Positions 24,271-37,399 of a stretch of 64,000 nucleotides of DNA are shown here, piece after piece; positions within the stretch are counted from its first letter, which is position 1, and each line of letters starts with the position of its first letter. Both the position numbers and the translations under genes were made by a program. A model generated the notes under the pieces. It did no database searches. It was not told where the DNA came from and saw only the letters and a list, made by a program, of their open reading frames with translations. The stretch is from contig NC_083409.1 in assembly GCF_020745735.1 (NCBI RefSeq), forward strand, positions 17,504,341 to 17,568,340. The letters run 5' to 3'. The stretch comes from Hemiscyllium ocellatum (Eukaryota).

Positions 24271-25667
24271 GTTCTTTGGTCCCTGCTGTTGAATTGGATT
24301 CTTGGGAGCCAGCTCCGTATGAAGAGCCTGTTCTCATTCTTTTGTTGGAGTTCATGGGGCAGCTGCTGCTTCCTTGCTACGTCACTGATCAAACCGACAA
24401 TGGGGAAAGCCTCTTGATATTTTAAATACACTGTCTGCAGGAAAATGTTTGGCCAAGGTTTTAATATTGTTTAGTAAGATAATGACGTCAAAACGCCAGT
24501 GTTGTTTGCGGCTGAGAACATTTAACATCATGATCCAAGTTTTAAATGGACCCTTACTCGTGATAATACAGTTTTCAATGTTTCTCTCCCCTTATGTGTT
24601 GTGAAGAGTTTGCAAACATGTTTTGATGAGGACAGTGCATCTTCAACACCGTATGATGGATTGGGTGGCTGTTTGAATTCTCACTTGTGATAATACAGTT
24701 TTAAATGTGTCAGTGTTACTTTCCCCACTCTCTGGGGGAGTGCCGCTGTCACTATCCCCACCCTTCACTCTCGGGGTGATACCATTTTTAGCATCCTTTC
24801 TGTCTGAGAATGTCCCTGTTCTTGTCCCACACTCTCTCAGGGACAGGGTGGGTGTTTCACACGCACCTGGTTTGTTAGCTCCATGTACTCTCTTGTGAAA
24901 TGGGCAATCCCTGTTTTACTCTGGTAACAGTGAGTTAAAGCCCAGTAGAGTTCACCCTTCATCTCCATCATATCTCAGGGCCTAAGGTTGGTCAGCACTC
25001 TCATGCTCCAGTACATCCCACCACTTCCCGCAATTTTCTCTCTTTCCTATCTTTACTGAACACCTTGTATCCAGGAATCCCCAAGGTCAAAAATCATACG
25101 ACACCAGGTTATAGTCCAACAGGTTTATTATAAGACACAAGCCTCGCCCCTTCTTCAGGTGTTCAGAGGAGCAAGCAAGGTGAATTTAATCATCAGAGAA
25201 AACAAACTCTGCTGTTCATTTCCTTCTCGGTTGACTCCGTTCTCCTCAATGACATGAACAAGAGACAAGGTAAGAATAAAGAATATAAGGACACTATCAA
25301 TGACCTTCTGAAATTCATAAGAAACCTCATCCAGCACTTCGATGAATAGAAAGAGTATGTGAACAATCGTTGGTGGCAATATTTTCCTGCTTTTTCAGCT
25401 TTTTGCATTGATTCAAAGGCAGAATGAGCACCTTCCAAACCCAAGGCCATTTCCATTAGAAGGACAAGTGCAGCAGATACACAGCATACCACCACCTTCA
25501 AGTTTCACTCAAATCTACATAGCATCCTGATATGAAAATATACTACCGTTCCTTCAGTGTCGCTGGGTCAAAATCCTGGACTACCCTCCCTTAGGGCATT
25601 GTGGGTTTATCTACAGCACATGGACTGCAGCGGTTCAAGAAGGCAGCTCACCACCACCTTGCAAAGG

Positions 25668-26010
25668 GCAGCATTGTGGGTCAGTGATTAGTGCTGCTCC
25701 CTCGCAGCGCCAGGGACCTGGGTTCAATTCCACCCTGGGATGACTGTCTGTCTGGAGTTTGCACATTTTCCCCAGGTCTGAGTGAGTTTCCTCCACACAC
25801 TACATAGATGTGTAGTTTTGGTGGATTAGCCATGCTAAATTGCACACAGTGTCCAGGGATGTGCAGGCAGGGTGGGTTAGCCATGGGAAATGCAGCATTA
25901 CAAGGATGGGGCTGATCTAGACGGGTTGCTGTTTGGTGGGTTGGTGTGAACTTGATGGGCTGAATGGCCTGCTTCCACACCATATAATGATTCTATGATT
26001 CTATGATTCT
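25668..26010 (+). mobile_element. HE1-family SINE
   Basis: cagcgccagggacctgggttcaattcc...ggagtttgcacatt...gccatgctaaattg; (ctatgatt)n tail. Confidence 0.88.
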
Positions 26011-28289
26011 CAAGGGCAACTAGGAAACTGGCCCAAACAGCAACACCCATGTCCTCCAAGTGAGTTTTAAACAAAAACATCATCTGCACTGCTTACTATT
26101 CCATCAGTCTTTGTGTCAATGTGGAACTATGATTCTCATTAATACATACAGTAAGTAGTTAAGGCCTCACCACAGAATCCTTGTGGAACACCACTCGTCA
26201 CTTTCTTTCTCTGTTGTCTGTCACTAAACCAGCCTCTGAACCAAGTCAAACATTCATCTTCAATCCTAAGGGTTTTAATATTGGTCAGCAGACTGTTTTA
26301 TGGTAAATGATCGAGTACTTCTGAAAGTTGATAAGCCTATACATCCTATCAACTATTTTATTTAATGCATTTGGTTTGTTAGTTAAAACCTACCCATCAC
26401 AAATCTATGTGGGCTATTTCCAATTCTCTACATGCTCATTCTCTCGGCTGTTAATTATAGATTCCAATGAAGCCCCTAAAAGAGATGTTAGATTGACCAG
26501 GATATAATTTCCTTGGTTCCCTCACTCATCTTTCTTCAACCCGTGGAGTTACAGCAAGACATTTTCCAAACTAAAGGAATCGTTGCTGCTTCGGAATCTG
26601 ATGGGAAAAGCCTCTGAAACTTCTTCCCCCTCTTCCTTTAAACCCCTGAGGTCCTGGAGATCTGTCAGCCTTTAGAGCTGCTCACTCTCCAATGCTGTTT
26701 TCTGGCATGTATCAAGTTTTGTGAATTCCAATCTTCCTTTCATTGTTAACCTCCCTGGAATGGAAGCTGCATTATCCTGTTCCTTGACCGTGAAGACTGA
26801 CACAACTAATTATTGTTCACATCGGTCATTCCCTTAGTCTCATTCATGGAATTCCCAGTTTGTTTTTAATGGGGTCACATTGCAATGGAGCTCCCATGAT
26901 TTTCTAATTTTCGTGTAAAGCATTTGTGTTATTCTTGTGACCTCTTGCAGGTCTCTTTCTCCATCACTTGCTTTGTAACTCTTGCTTCCTTTTTGTCTTC
27001 CTTTGCAGTTCTTCATATCTTCCTTCAGTTGCCTGAAATCTCACTGATATTCCCACATTTGAGTGTTCTCACCTTTAGTTTTCTGTTTTCTCTCACTTAT
27101 TTTATCAGTGACGATGTGCTAACAAGTGGGGACCTGTTCCATACTGAGCTGAATACATCTTTAACCATCTCCCCATCTCATTGGGAGTCTGATCTGACAA
27201 TTTTGGCTGACACCAATCTCTGTTGCATTCTATTTTCTGGGACGTGGGTGTCACTGGCATCGATCAGCATTTGTAACCCAAGACTAATTGCCCTTGAACT
27301 GCTGGCCTTGCTGTGGCCTCTCAGAAGGCACCTAAGAGTTAACCAGATTGCTGTGGGGCTAGAGTCACATGAAGTCCAGACTGGGTAAGGCTGAGGCTGG
27401 ACAGCATTCAGGGATCACTATCGTGGTCACCATTAATGAGGCTTGCTTTGTGATTTGAATTCAAATTCCAGCATTTGTCACTGGGGGAGATAGTACAGTT
27501 CGATAGATTGTGGCAGGACCTCTGTTTTGTATCTCACCTGAAAGACAACAGCTCCCTCAGTTTTGCAGTGTCAGCCTTGACTGTGTGCTCAACATAGGAA
27601 TTAGGAGCGGGAGGAGGCAATTCAGCCCTTTGAGCCCGCTCCGCCATTTAACATGACTGTGGCTGATCTTATCCTGGTCTCAACTCCACTCTCCTGCCTG
27701 TTGCCTTTGTTCTTTATCTCACGTTTAATCAGAAACATATCTTTCTTGAGCCTGTTGATTGATTCTGCATCCACTGCACTCTGGGGCATTGAGTTTCACA
27801 GATTCACAACCCTCTGGGAGAAATAGTTTCACCTCATCTCAGTTTTGAACCTACTTCCTCTCACTCGATATCGATGACCTCTTGTTCCAGACTGTCCCGC
27901 AAGGGGGAGCATCTATTCAATATCCACCCTATCAATCCCCTTTCACATTTTCTATCCCTCAATCAGATCCTTCCTCGTTCTTTTGAACTCCAGTGAGTAC
28001 AAGCCCAATCTATTTAACTGCTCTTCATAGGACAACTCTTTCATTCCTGGAATCAGTTTGGGGAAAATCCTCTGAACAGCCTCCGGTCCCACCACATCCT
28101 TCCTCAAATGGTGTTAGGTGTAAGGAATTGGGTTTGGGTGGGTTGCTCTTGGGAGGGTCACTGTGGACTTGTTGGGTCGAGGGGCCTGTTTCCATACTGT
28201 AAGTAATCTAATCTAATAAGCAGACCACAATTGGACACAATACTGCAGTTGTGTCTCACCAATGCCTTCCATATGTTCCAGTTTGTAAT

Positions 28290-29110
28290 GTATGATCAAT
28301 TCGTGTTCAGATGGGCCAATGGGCAAGGGGTGGGAGATGGAGTTTAATTTAGATAAGTGTAAGGCATTGCTTTTTGGGAAGGCAAATCAGGGCAGATTCC
28401 TGGAGAGTGTTGCTGAGCAAAGAGACCTTGGAGTGCAGACTCACAGTTCCTTGAAAGTGAAGCCATGGGTAAACAGGGTAGTGACAAAGGTGATTGGTAC
28501 ACTCGCCTTGATTGGTCTGTGCATTGAGTATAGGAGTTGGGATGTCATGTTCTGGCTGTCCACCAAAGTGGCCATTGGTGAGGACACCTTGAGAATACAG
28601 GGCTCAGTTCTGGTCTTCCTGCTCTAGGAACAATGTTTTTAAACTTGAAAGGGGGCAAAAAAAAGATTTGCAAGGATGTTGTCGGGACTGGAGGGTTTGA
28701 GCTACAGGGAGAGGCTGAATCGATTGGGGCTACTTTCCTGGAGCGTTGGAGGTTGAGGGGTGAACTTATGGAGGTTTATAAAATCGTGAGGGGCATCGAT
28801 AAGGTGAATATCCAAGGTCTTTTTCCCAGGGTATATCAGTCCAAAACTAGAGGGCATAGGTTTAAGGTAATAGAGGAAGAATTTGTAAGGGAACTAAGGG
28901 GCAACTTTTCATGCAGAGGATGGTGCATGCACGGAATGAGCTGCCAGTGGAAGTGGTGGAAGCTGGTACAATTACGTCATTTATATGGGTCCATGAATAG
29001 GAAGGGTTTAGAAGGATATGGGCTAAATCATGGCAAATGGAACTAGATGAGGATGTCTGGTTGGCACGGATGAGTTGAACCGAAGGGTCTGTTTCCGTGC
29101 TGAATGACTC
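28290..29110 (+). mobile_element. CR1 3' fragment
   Basis: MEFNLDKCKAL, EQRDLGVQ, RLRGELMEVYKIVRGIDKV. Confidence 0.88.
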
Positions 29111-29659
29111 TCTGACTAAGACACTGGTTTAAATAGACAAAGCTTCTGAGACAGAGGTGACAGTGCTCCCACTGACCAGGTTCCAGTTTGTACAGGGCTC
29201 CGCTCTCAGCTGGATGGTTGGGAGTTGGAGCTGATTTTAAGCTGTATTTTGGAGAGGAGTAAGCAACCTTTTTGATCAAAGCCTCCTGAAATGTGAAGGT
29301 GACATTTATGAGCAATTCAGAGCAATGATCTACTCGGTTATTTTGATTCCTGGGGCCTGCTGAGTACTAAAACTCAGCATTTAGGGATTGCTGAGAAATA
29401 TCTTCATTGACTTGGACATTAATTGTACTTTTCAGGTTCCACAGTTTAATGAAGAGTCCAGAAGATTATAGCTTTGGGTTATTTCCCGATCTCATTGTTG
29501 TTGTCTACAAGGCTATGAAGGACACAGAGTGGAAGAAGTACTTTCCAAAAGAATAGAGGCTGCTCCTGTTTTCAAAGGGTTGCCATCTCTTGAGTGGAAA
29601 TGAGACAGAACCACATGCTTCAGGGCTAGAATGGAAAGAAGGAACTTACATTTGTATCA

Positions 29660-29985
29660 CAGAATCCTTATAGTGTGGAAGTAGGCCACTCAGCCTATCG
29701 AGTCCACAACACCCCTCCAAAGGACATTCCATCCAGACCCCGATGCTATCCCTGTATTTTCCAATGGCTAATCCACCTAGCCTGCTCATCCTGGACACTA
29801 TAGGGAATTTAGCATGGCCAGTTTACCAGCCTGCAGATCTTTTGGACTGTGGGAGGAAACCAGAGCACCCGGGGGAAGCCCACGCAGACATAGGGAGAAT
29901 GTGCAAACTCCGCACAGACCTGCCTGAGGCGGGTCCCTGACGCTGTGAGGCAGCAGTGCCAACCACTGAGCCATCATGCCACCCC
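29660..29985 (-). mobile_element. HE1-family SINE
   Basis: Reverse complement of the HE1 head and core (ttggactgtgggaggaaacc, gtgcaaactcc). Confidence 0.88.
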
Positions 29986-30274
29986 AAATGTATAGCACCT
30001 TTTGTCACCTGAGAATGTTCCAAAGCATTTTACTGATAGAGATGTGGGTTTGGAACATGAATAAGGTTACATTTGTGCCACACAGCTGCCAGGCAATGAC
30101 TGTCTCCAACAAGAGAGAATGTAACTATCTTGCCTTGATATTCAGTAGCTGTGTGCTGTGTGCACACATTACCTTTAAGAAAATCCACCCCTGTGTATGT
30201 ACGGTGTTGAACTCTACCCACCAGATAGTCATCTGTGAGCCTGCAAGCTGCACAGACCAAGATCAATTCGCTGA

Positions 30275-30575
30275 ATCCCTACAGTGTGGAAATAGGCCTC
30301 CACACTGACCCTCCAAAGTGCATCCCACTCCCCCACCCCATTACTCTACATATTCCCTGACCCACACACCCCTGAACACCATGGACAATTTAGTTTGGCC
30401 AATTCAGCGAACCTGCACATCTTTCGACTGTGGGAAGAAACCGGAGCATCCAGAGGAAACCCACAGACACGGGGAGAATGTGCAAACTCCAAACAGACAG
30501 TTGCCCGAGACTGGAATCGAACCTGGGTCCCTGGCGCTGCGGGACAGCATTGCTGACAACTGAGCCTCCGTGCAG
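30275..30575 (-). mobile_element. HE1-family SINE
   Basis: Same core: gactgtgggaagaaaccggagca, gtgcaaactcc, gaacctgggtccctggcgctg. Confidence 0.85.
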
Positions 30576-31030
30576 TGAAATCTTGCTTGCTGTAATGTCT
30601 GCTTCATGATTGTAATGTGTTTTATTGCTTTAACTAAACTAACTTACAAAGTTAATGGATTGATTATGGGATCATTATCTTAACTATATCATGGTGAAAG
30701 ACTGGAGGAAACACTGTACAGATGAGGCCTATTGCACAAGCAGCTTAATCTGCAGGTAGAAAATGCAAATGACAGTCTTCAATTGTGTGAAAGTGTATGA
30801 GGCAACATATGGGCAAGGAACAAAAGTAGGCCACTCGGCCCTTATGGCTGATCTGATTTTAACCTCAACTCTACATTCTCTGATAATGTTTCATCCCTTC
30901 AGTCACCAAGAATCTATCTATGGTCATGGCTGATCATCGAGCACTACACTGTAATCCCTCCCTACCCCATATCCCTTGAATCTTTAGCCACAAGAGCTGT
31001 CTCTACCCCCTTCTTGAAAACATAATGTTT

Positions 31031-31173
31031 TGGCCATGTTAAATTGCCCATAGTTTTAGGTGCATTAGTCAGAGGGAAATGGGTCGGGTGGGTTTCTGTT
31101 TGGAGGGTCGGTGTGGATTGGTTGGGCCGAAAGGCCTGTTTCCACACTGTAGGTAATCTAATCTAATCTAATC
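31031..31173 (+). mobile_element. HE1 SINE 3' fragment
   Basis: ggccatgttaaattgccc...gggccgaaaggcctgtttccacactgtaggtaatctaatctaatc. Confidence 0.85.
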
Positions 31174-31829
31174 CCAGAGGAGCATAGTCCCACTCACTCA
31201 TTACAGACAGAGCCAAATGGTGGTGAGTTTAATCCAAGGGTCACCACAGCTGAGGCAGGGGGAGAGAAGGTGGTACCTTCATGTTGGTAGTGTCCTTCAT
31301 TAATCCACTGCAACCCCCCTTGGGGCTGCAAGAATTCAACCACCCTCACTCAGACAGCTCCCCTTGCTGTAAGGTAATATTACTGCACGTAGTTTAGAGC
31401 TAATTGACCATTGAAATATGACTATGGGTAGTCAGCACTGGCTGGGCAGGCAGCCACAACTGCAATAACCCTGGATCCAGAAAATCCCCTTGTAATCAGG
31501 CAACACATTAGGGAGCACAGTGCCCACTGCCTCTGAAATCCCTCCCTTACTGAGAACACACTCGCAGTATTCACCTTTCTCAGTTGCCATCTCAATTTCA
31601 CTGTAAATTCTATCAACTATGATCCTGCCCCACTAGCTGCCTGATGAAGGACCTCTGAAAGCATGTACTTCCAAAGAAACCTGTTGGACTATAACCTGGT
31701 GTTGTGTGATTTTTAAACTTTGGCCATCTCACTGAGGCACCATTTCAGACTGAACTGTTTTTCATTCATGATTTGAGATGATTAAAGCCAAGTCTTCAAT
31801 TCCCATCACAAAGCCCATTCTCTATCCAT

Positions 31830-32350
31830 CACTCAGAGACAAATACCTCAGAGACACCTACAGGCAGCACAGAGTAACACATTCACACTCAATGAGATAC
31901 TGACAGGCAGTACAGAATAACACACACGCTCAGAGAGATATCTACAGGCAACACTGAGTAACGCACACACTCAGAGTGCCAGGCAGCACTGAGTAACAAG
32001 GCAAAAGTGAGGACTGCAGATGCTGGGGCTTAGAGTTGAGAGTGTGGTACTGGAAAAGCACAGCAGGTCAGGCAGCATCTGAGCAGCAGCAAAATCAACG
32101 TTTTGGACATCCTGATGAAGGAATTTTCCTGATGAAGGCATTGATTCTCCTGCTCCTCGGATGTTGCCTGACCTGCTATGCTTTTCCACCACCACACTCT
32201 CTGAGCACTGAGTAAAATGCTCACAGTCCATGCTGCCTGGAGGTGTCTCTCTGAGTGTGAACATGTTACTCAGCGCTGCATGTCGATGTCTCTGAATAAC
32301 ACACCCACATTCACAGTGACACCTCAGGCAGCATTATGTAAAACACGCAC
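31830..32350. repeat. Degenerate 35-43-bp minisatellite with one inverted unit
   Basis: caggcagcac(a/t)gagtaacac..cactcagagag starting at 31861, 31904, 31945 and 31980; a reverse-complement unit at about 32230-32280. Confidence 0.7.
31999..32203. repeat. Penelope-derived inverted repeat inserted in a minisatellite
   Basis: agagtgtggtactggaaaagcacagcaggtcaggcagcatc ... gatgttgcctgacctgctatgcttttccaccaccacactct, with cctgatgaagg in the middle; flanked by agcactgagtaa at 31985-31996 and 32204-32215. Confidence 0.75.
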
Positions 32351-33279
32351 ACTCAACTGAGAGAGACACACAGCCTCCATTCTCAGTGACTGGCCTTAAA
32401 ACATTACAGGTACTATCCAGCATGCAGCAGAGAGCGCACAGTGCTATCCCAGCAACTCTACCTGGATCAAAAGAGTGAAGAGGGAATGCCTCAGATTGTA
32501 ATTACAGAGTCCCAACAGCTTTCAGTTTCTGTTTTGTTTGAAAACTTGCAACCTCCACAGTTTCCAGATCAAAGGGATCATTTGAAAATGATTGATGATT
32601 AGCTGTCAGTCCATACTACAATGAAAGTCTTACTGATTGACAGACCAAACAGCCAATTGTGACAATGCTGTGCTGAAATGCATCCAATCAGCTGAAGGGA
32701 GTGGTCCATTTCCAAAGCACACAGAAACAGAGACTGAATCTTCTTCAACTTTAATCTGATTTGATTGGCTTTGGGAGAATAAACACTAAAATTAACAGCC
32801 CAGACAGAGGAAGCTGCTCAAATTCACAGCCACAATGGTGCTTGAGGAAAACACTTGTGGAGGTTTTCTCAGTAACATGAGAACCCTGTCCCTTTAAACA
32901 GTGATAAAAACCTTGAATTGGAACTGGTGGCTGAGCAGGAAGGGGATCTGTTTTACTGAAGCAGAGACTTCAGAGGTTCACATTGTTTTGTACAGCTGGC
33001 ACTTTTCAACATCTTCAAGAGATTTTACTTAGCATCACAAGTCAACCCTGACCCGTCAAACACTCCCAGAACAAGGACAGCATGAGGTTTTACATAGGAT
33101 AAAACTCTCTCTACGCTGTCCCAATGAACTGCCTGAACTCCTGAACCTCAGAAGTGTTCCCTAGACCAGTCCTGAGAAGGAGGAGCGTTGACATTCAGTG
33201 CTGACAATGACCTTTGTCCTGCCAGCTCAGCCCTGTTCTGTTTAAAGTTGGGTCTCCTCTGTGGACTGTCTCAAACACT

Positions 33280-33608
33280 CTACACACATTCTGATCTCCT
33301 GATGCTCTTGCTGAGGGGAGAGGGGAGGGTCACGTGGGTGAGGGCACAGGAGAAGCGAGCGTCGGACTCCCAGTCAGACCCAGAGAGGGTCAGCAGGCTG
33401 CTGACACTGTAGGTGCTGTCCGAAGCTCGCAGGTAGTTGCTGGTCTGAACCCCGTCCGAAATGACTGCACCGTCCTTCTTCCACTGCACCTCCAGCTCAT
33501 CGGGATAGAAGTGATTGGCAAGGCACACCAGGGTGGCAGTGCCCTTGGCATTGACCTGCTCCAGGGAGGGGGGCAGCAGGGTCAGCTTGGGCTGAGAGTT
33601 CTCACGGC
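33280..33608 (-). CDS. IGKC: Ig kappa-type light-chain constant exon (intact ORF)
   Basis: gtttctcttgtctttcag|GC CGT GAG... gives (S)RENSQPKLTLLPPSLEQVNAKGTATLVCLANHFYPDELEVQWKKDG...YSVSSLLTLSGSDWESDARFSCALTHVTLPSPLSKSIRRSECV*. This is a C1-set Ig domain with both Cys, the Trp and the penultimate inter-chain Cys. Confidence 0.96.
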
Positions 33609-36429
33609 CTGAAAGACAAGAGAAACAATTTTAATCCCTGCCAATTGAAGAAACTTCAACTCTCAGAACATTCACTGGTAAAATGTTTGAACATTTGTAT
33701 CCAATACCGACCAAACCCGACAAAAAACCAGGTATTGTTTAAATTGTTTCTTGGGAGTGAGTGTCACGAGCAGGGCCAGCATTTATTTCTCATCCCTAAT
33801 TGCCCCGAGAAGGTGATGGGGAAAGACAAGGAACAGGTTTGGACCCTTGTTTAGGGAATGAATGTGGGCAGCTGGAAGGGTTCTCAATGGGGGAGCAGTT
33901 TAGTGACAGTGACCAGAACTCAGTGAGATTGAGAGTTGAGATGGAAATGGAGAACCACGCAGCAAGTGTTAACGTTTTCACTTGGGAATGAACTATTTTA
34001 CTAAACTGTGCGATGATTTAGTAAAAGTGGACTGGAACCAACGCCATGATGTGAAATCAGTGTCAGGGCAGTGGGATCCCTCAAAAGAAAAGACAGAGAT
34101 TGTTCAGAATCTGTTCCCACAATGAGTAAGGGTGGGACTCCCAAATCTAGACTCTCAGCCTGGGATGTCAAAAGGCAGCCAGAGTAGGGAAGACTAAACA
34201 GGGAAGGTGATGTTGGTTATCTGGAGATCAAACCTGCAGAAAGTCCAGAGGAGGATCGAAAATGCGGGGGTGACATTGAACAGGACCTGAGGAAGGCAAA
34301 GACAGGATTAACTATGTCCAACTGAATCAAAGAAATCCCAACAAACAAGAGGATTTGGGATCATGTCCTGACATGGATTAAGAACTGGTTGGCAGACAGG
34401 ACAGGAAGAGTGAGTCTTTTTTTGAATGGCAGATATTTACCAGTTGGGGTACCACAGGGATCAGTCCTTGGTACCCAGTTATTCATAATATATAAGAATA
34501 GGGTCAGAGTCAGGGAGACCCAAAAGGCCCAACGGATCATTGTGTCAAAAAACAACTCAATACTTCTCATCAATTTGCCAGCATGAGGGAATTAGATGCA
34601 GTATGTGTTCAAGAAGGAATTCGATACAGTTCTTAAGATTAATGAGTTCAAAGAATGTGGGGAGCAAGCAGGAACAGGGGACAGTGTTGGATGATCGGCC
34701 ATGATCATATTGAATGGTGGAGCAGGCTTGAGGGGCCGAATGGCCTACTACTGGTCCTGTGTTTTATGTTTCTGTCTGTTTCTCAGATAATGAAGGAATG
34801 TCTCTCGTCAGCTTGAGGCTGGAAGTCAGATGTGTGTGCAGGTGGACGATGTGGCCATGGTGATTAATGAATGCAGGTCAGTGAGGTGCTTCAGAAAACA
34901 CATGGGATAAACAGTTTTTCTTTTTCCCTTGATGGAATGAGGGCATTGCTGGATCGGCAGCATTTATTGCCCATCCCTAATCGCCCAGAGGGCATTTTAG
35001 AGTCACCCACATTGCTGTGGGTCTGGAGTCACATGGGAAGGATGGCAGTTTCCTTCCCTAAAGGACATTAGTGAATCAGATGCTTTTCCCTGACAATCAA
35101 CGATGGTTTCATGGTCATCATTACTCTCTTAATTCCAGATTTTTTAATTGAATTCAAATTCCACCATCTGCTGTGGCAGGATTCTGCCCTGGTCCCCAGA
35201 ACATTAATCTGGATCTCTGGATTAACAGTTCAGCAATAATACTATTAGGCCATCACCTCCCTTATCTCATTTTTGGTTGAGAGTGAAAGTAAGAAATTTG
35301 TTTATTCTGGAACTGTATAAAACCCCAGTTAGAGCACAGTGAGAGAACAGGGTACAGTTCTGGTCACCACATTACAGGAAGGATATGATCCCCTGAGTGA
35401 TGGGGACAGTGGAGGATTTTGTCAAGAATGGGAAGTTTTAGTTTTGAGGAATGATTGGTTTGTCTGGGACTGTTTTCTTTGGAACAGAGAAGGCTGAGGG
35501 GAGATTTGATCAAGGCGTGTAAAATGATGAGGGCCGAGATAGAATTGGTAGGAAGGACTGATTTCCATCAGCAGAGAGGGCAATAACCATGGGGAGAGAT
35601 TGAAATGAATTGGGGACAGGGTTCGAGGTGAATTGAGGAGTAATTGTTTTCACCCAGAGCCTGATGGGACCTGGGACTCACTGTCTGAAAGGGTGGGAGA
35701 GGCAGAAACCCTCATCACATTGAAAAAACACTTGGATATTCACTTGGAACGTCGAAACATCCAGAGCTTTGGAGCAAGAGCTGGAGAGTGGGATGGAGCT
35801 CGATCCCTCTTTAACAAACCTTCGATTAACCACAGATGAGGAGAACTTTATCCGAGAACATTGGAGCAGACTCGGATCCACACACTTCAGGAAGGAGTCA
35901 CATTGGGGTGTCTGTGTAGAAGGTTCTAGATTATATTTCAAACCTTGCTGCACACCACTGGGCTGAGATCAAGGGTGAAGCTGCATAGAGTCTCAGTGAC
36001 CTGGGGTCAGGCAGGGTCACTGCTCCTAATGACTCCAGGCCTCCTGGAAGGTGAGAGTGCGCAGACAATGGGTGAGGTTCAGGATCAGGGGACTCTAACC
36101 TTAAAGAAAGACCTGCATTTGTGTAGCACCTGTCCCCAACTCAGAATGTCCCAAAGGCTCTTTCCAGCAGACTTTGCACAGTGAGATCCCAAACACAGTA
36201 TGATAATTAGCAGAGAAATAGATTTTTAGTGATTTTTATTGGGGGATAAATATTAACCAGGTACACCAGAAGGAACTGCCTGCTCTTCATCCAACAGTGC
36301 CATGGAATGGCACCTTTCACATCTGAAAGACTCCCAGTTCAACCAAAAAAAAGGTTTCTTGAAAATGGAGTTGTAGGTAGATGTGTGTGCGTGTGGGGTG
36401 GGGAGGGAGGGGGGGTGACGAAGTAATTT

Positions 36430-37055
36430 AGTATGGTTTCCTTTACTGGGCAGTGCATTGAGTATTGGAGTTGGGAGCTTTTGTGGTTGTGCCAGACATT
36501 GGTTAGGTCACTTTTGGAATACGGTGTGTATTTCTGGTCTCCCTGCTGTAGGAAAAATATTGTGAACCTTAAAATGCTTCAGAAAAGTTTTAGAAGGGTG
36601 TTGCCAAGGTTGGAGAGTTTGAGCTATCGGAGGAAGATGAATAGACTGAGACTATTTTCCCTGGATTGTTGGAGGCTGAGGGTGACCACACAGTGGTTTA
36701 TAAAATCATGAGGGGTATAGATACGGTGAATAGAGTAGATCTTTTCTTCAGAGTGGGTGAGTCCAGAACTGGAGGGCATAGGTTGAAGGTGACAGGGGAA
36801 AGATTTAAAAGGGACCTAAGGTTTCCATGCAGAGGGTGGTAAATGTTTGGAATGAGCTGCCAGAGGGAGTGATGGAGGCTGGTATGATTACAATATTTAA
36901 AAAGCCATCTGGATGGATATATGTATAGGAAGGGTTGAGAGCAAAATGGGCCTCATGCTGGCAAATGGGACTAGATTAATTTAGGGCATCTGGTCAGGAT
37001 GGATGACTTGGACTGAAGGGTCTGTTTCCATGCTGCACATCTCCATAACTGTAAT
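36430..37055 (+). mobile_element. CR1 3' fragment in the J-C intron
   Basis: LVRSLLEYGVYFWSP and 3'-UTR gggtctgtttccatgctg. Confidence 0.85.
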
Positions 37056-37399
37056 TGTATTTCAATCGAGCCCCTAACACCTCAGGCTCTCCCAAAGACA
37101 TTTACATTTTGTTTTAAAACAAGTCACTGTTGCAATGTCAGGAAAGGGGCAGCCAGTTTCTACACAGCAAGATCCCACTAGAAGCAATGAAGTCAAAGAG
37201 CATTTTTCATGATATTGGTCCAAGGATAAATATTGTCCTGAACTCAACCCAAAGAGAAAGGAATTTGGTTCAGTTGGATGGAAAATGAGAAAATGGAAGG
37301 TAAAGGAGAAGGTAGGATTGCTGGTTAGTGATTGGATTGATTGTTACCAGAAAATAAAAGGAAGGGATAGAATTTTTGAATTTTAAAGGAACCATAAAA

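Larger units (their letters stand above)
18844..24395 (+). repeat. Segmental duplication copy B
   Basis: Same block as copy A, plus a minus-strand CR1 fragment (20841-21462) and a 1454-bp segment (22196-23649) that are absent from A. Confidence 0.93.

Noticed and set aside
30763-30770. Perfect octamers at 30763-30770 and 11972-11979
   Set aside because: About two or more are expected by chance in 64 kb; the one at 11972 lies in a repeat, and neither has supporting motifs.
33720-33729. Nonamer-like acaaaaaacc near the C acceptor
   Set aside because: No heptamer at 12 or 23 nt spacing.
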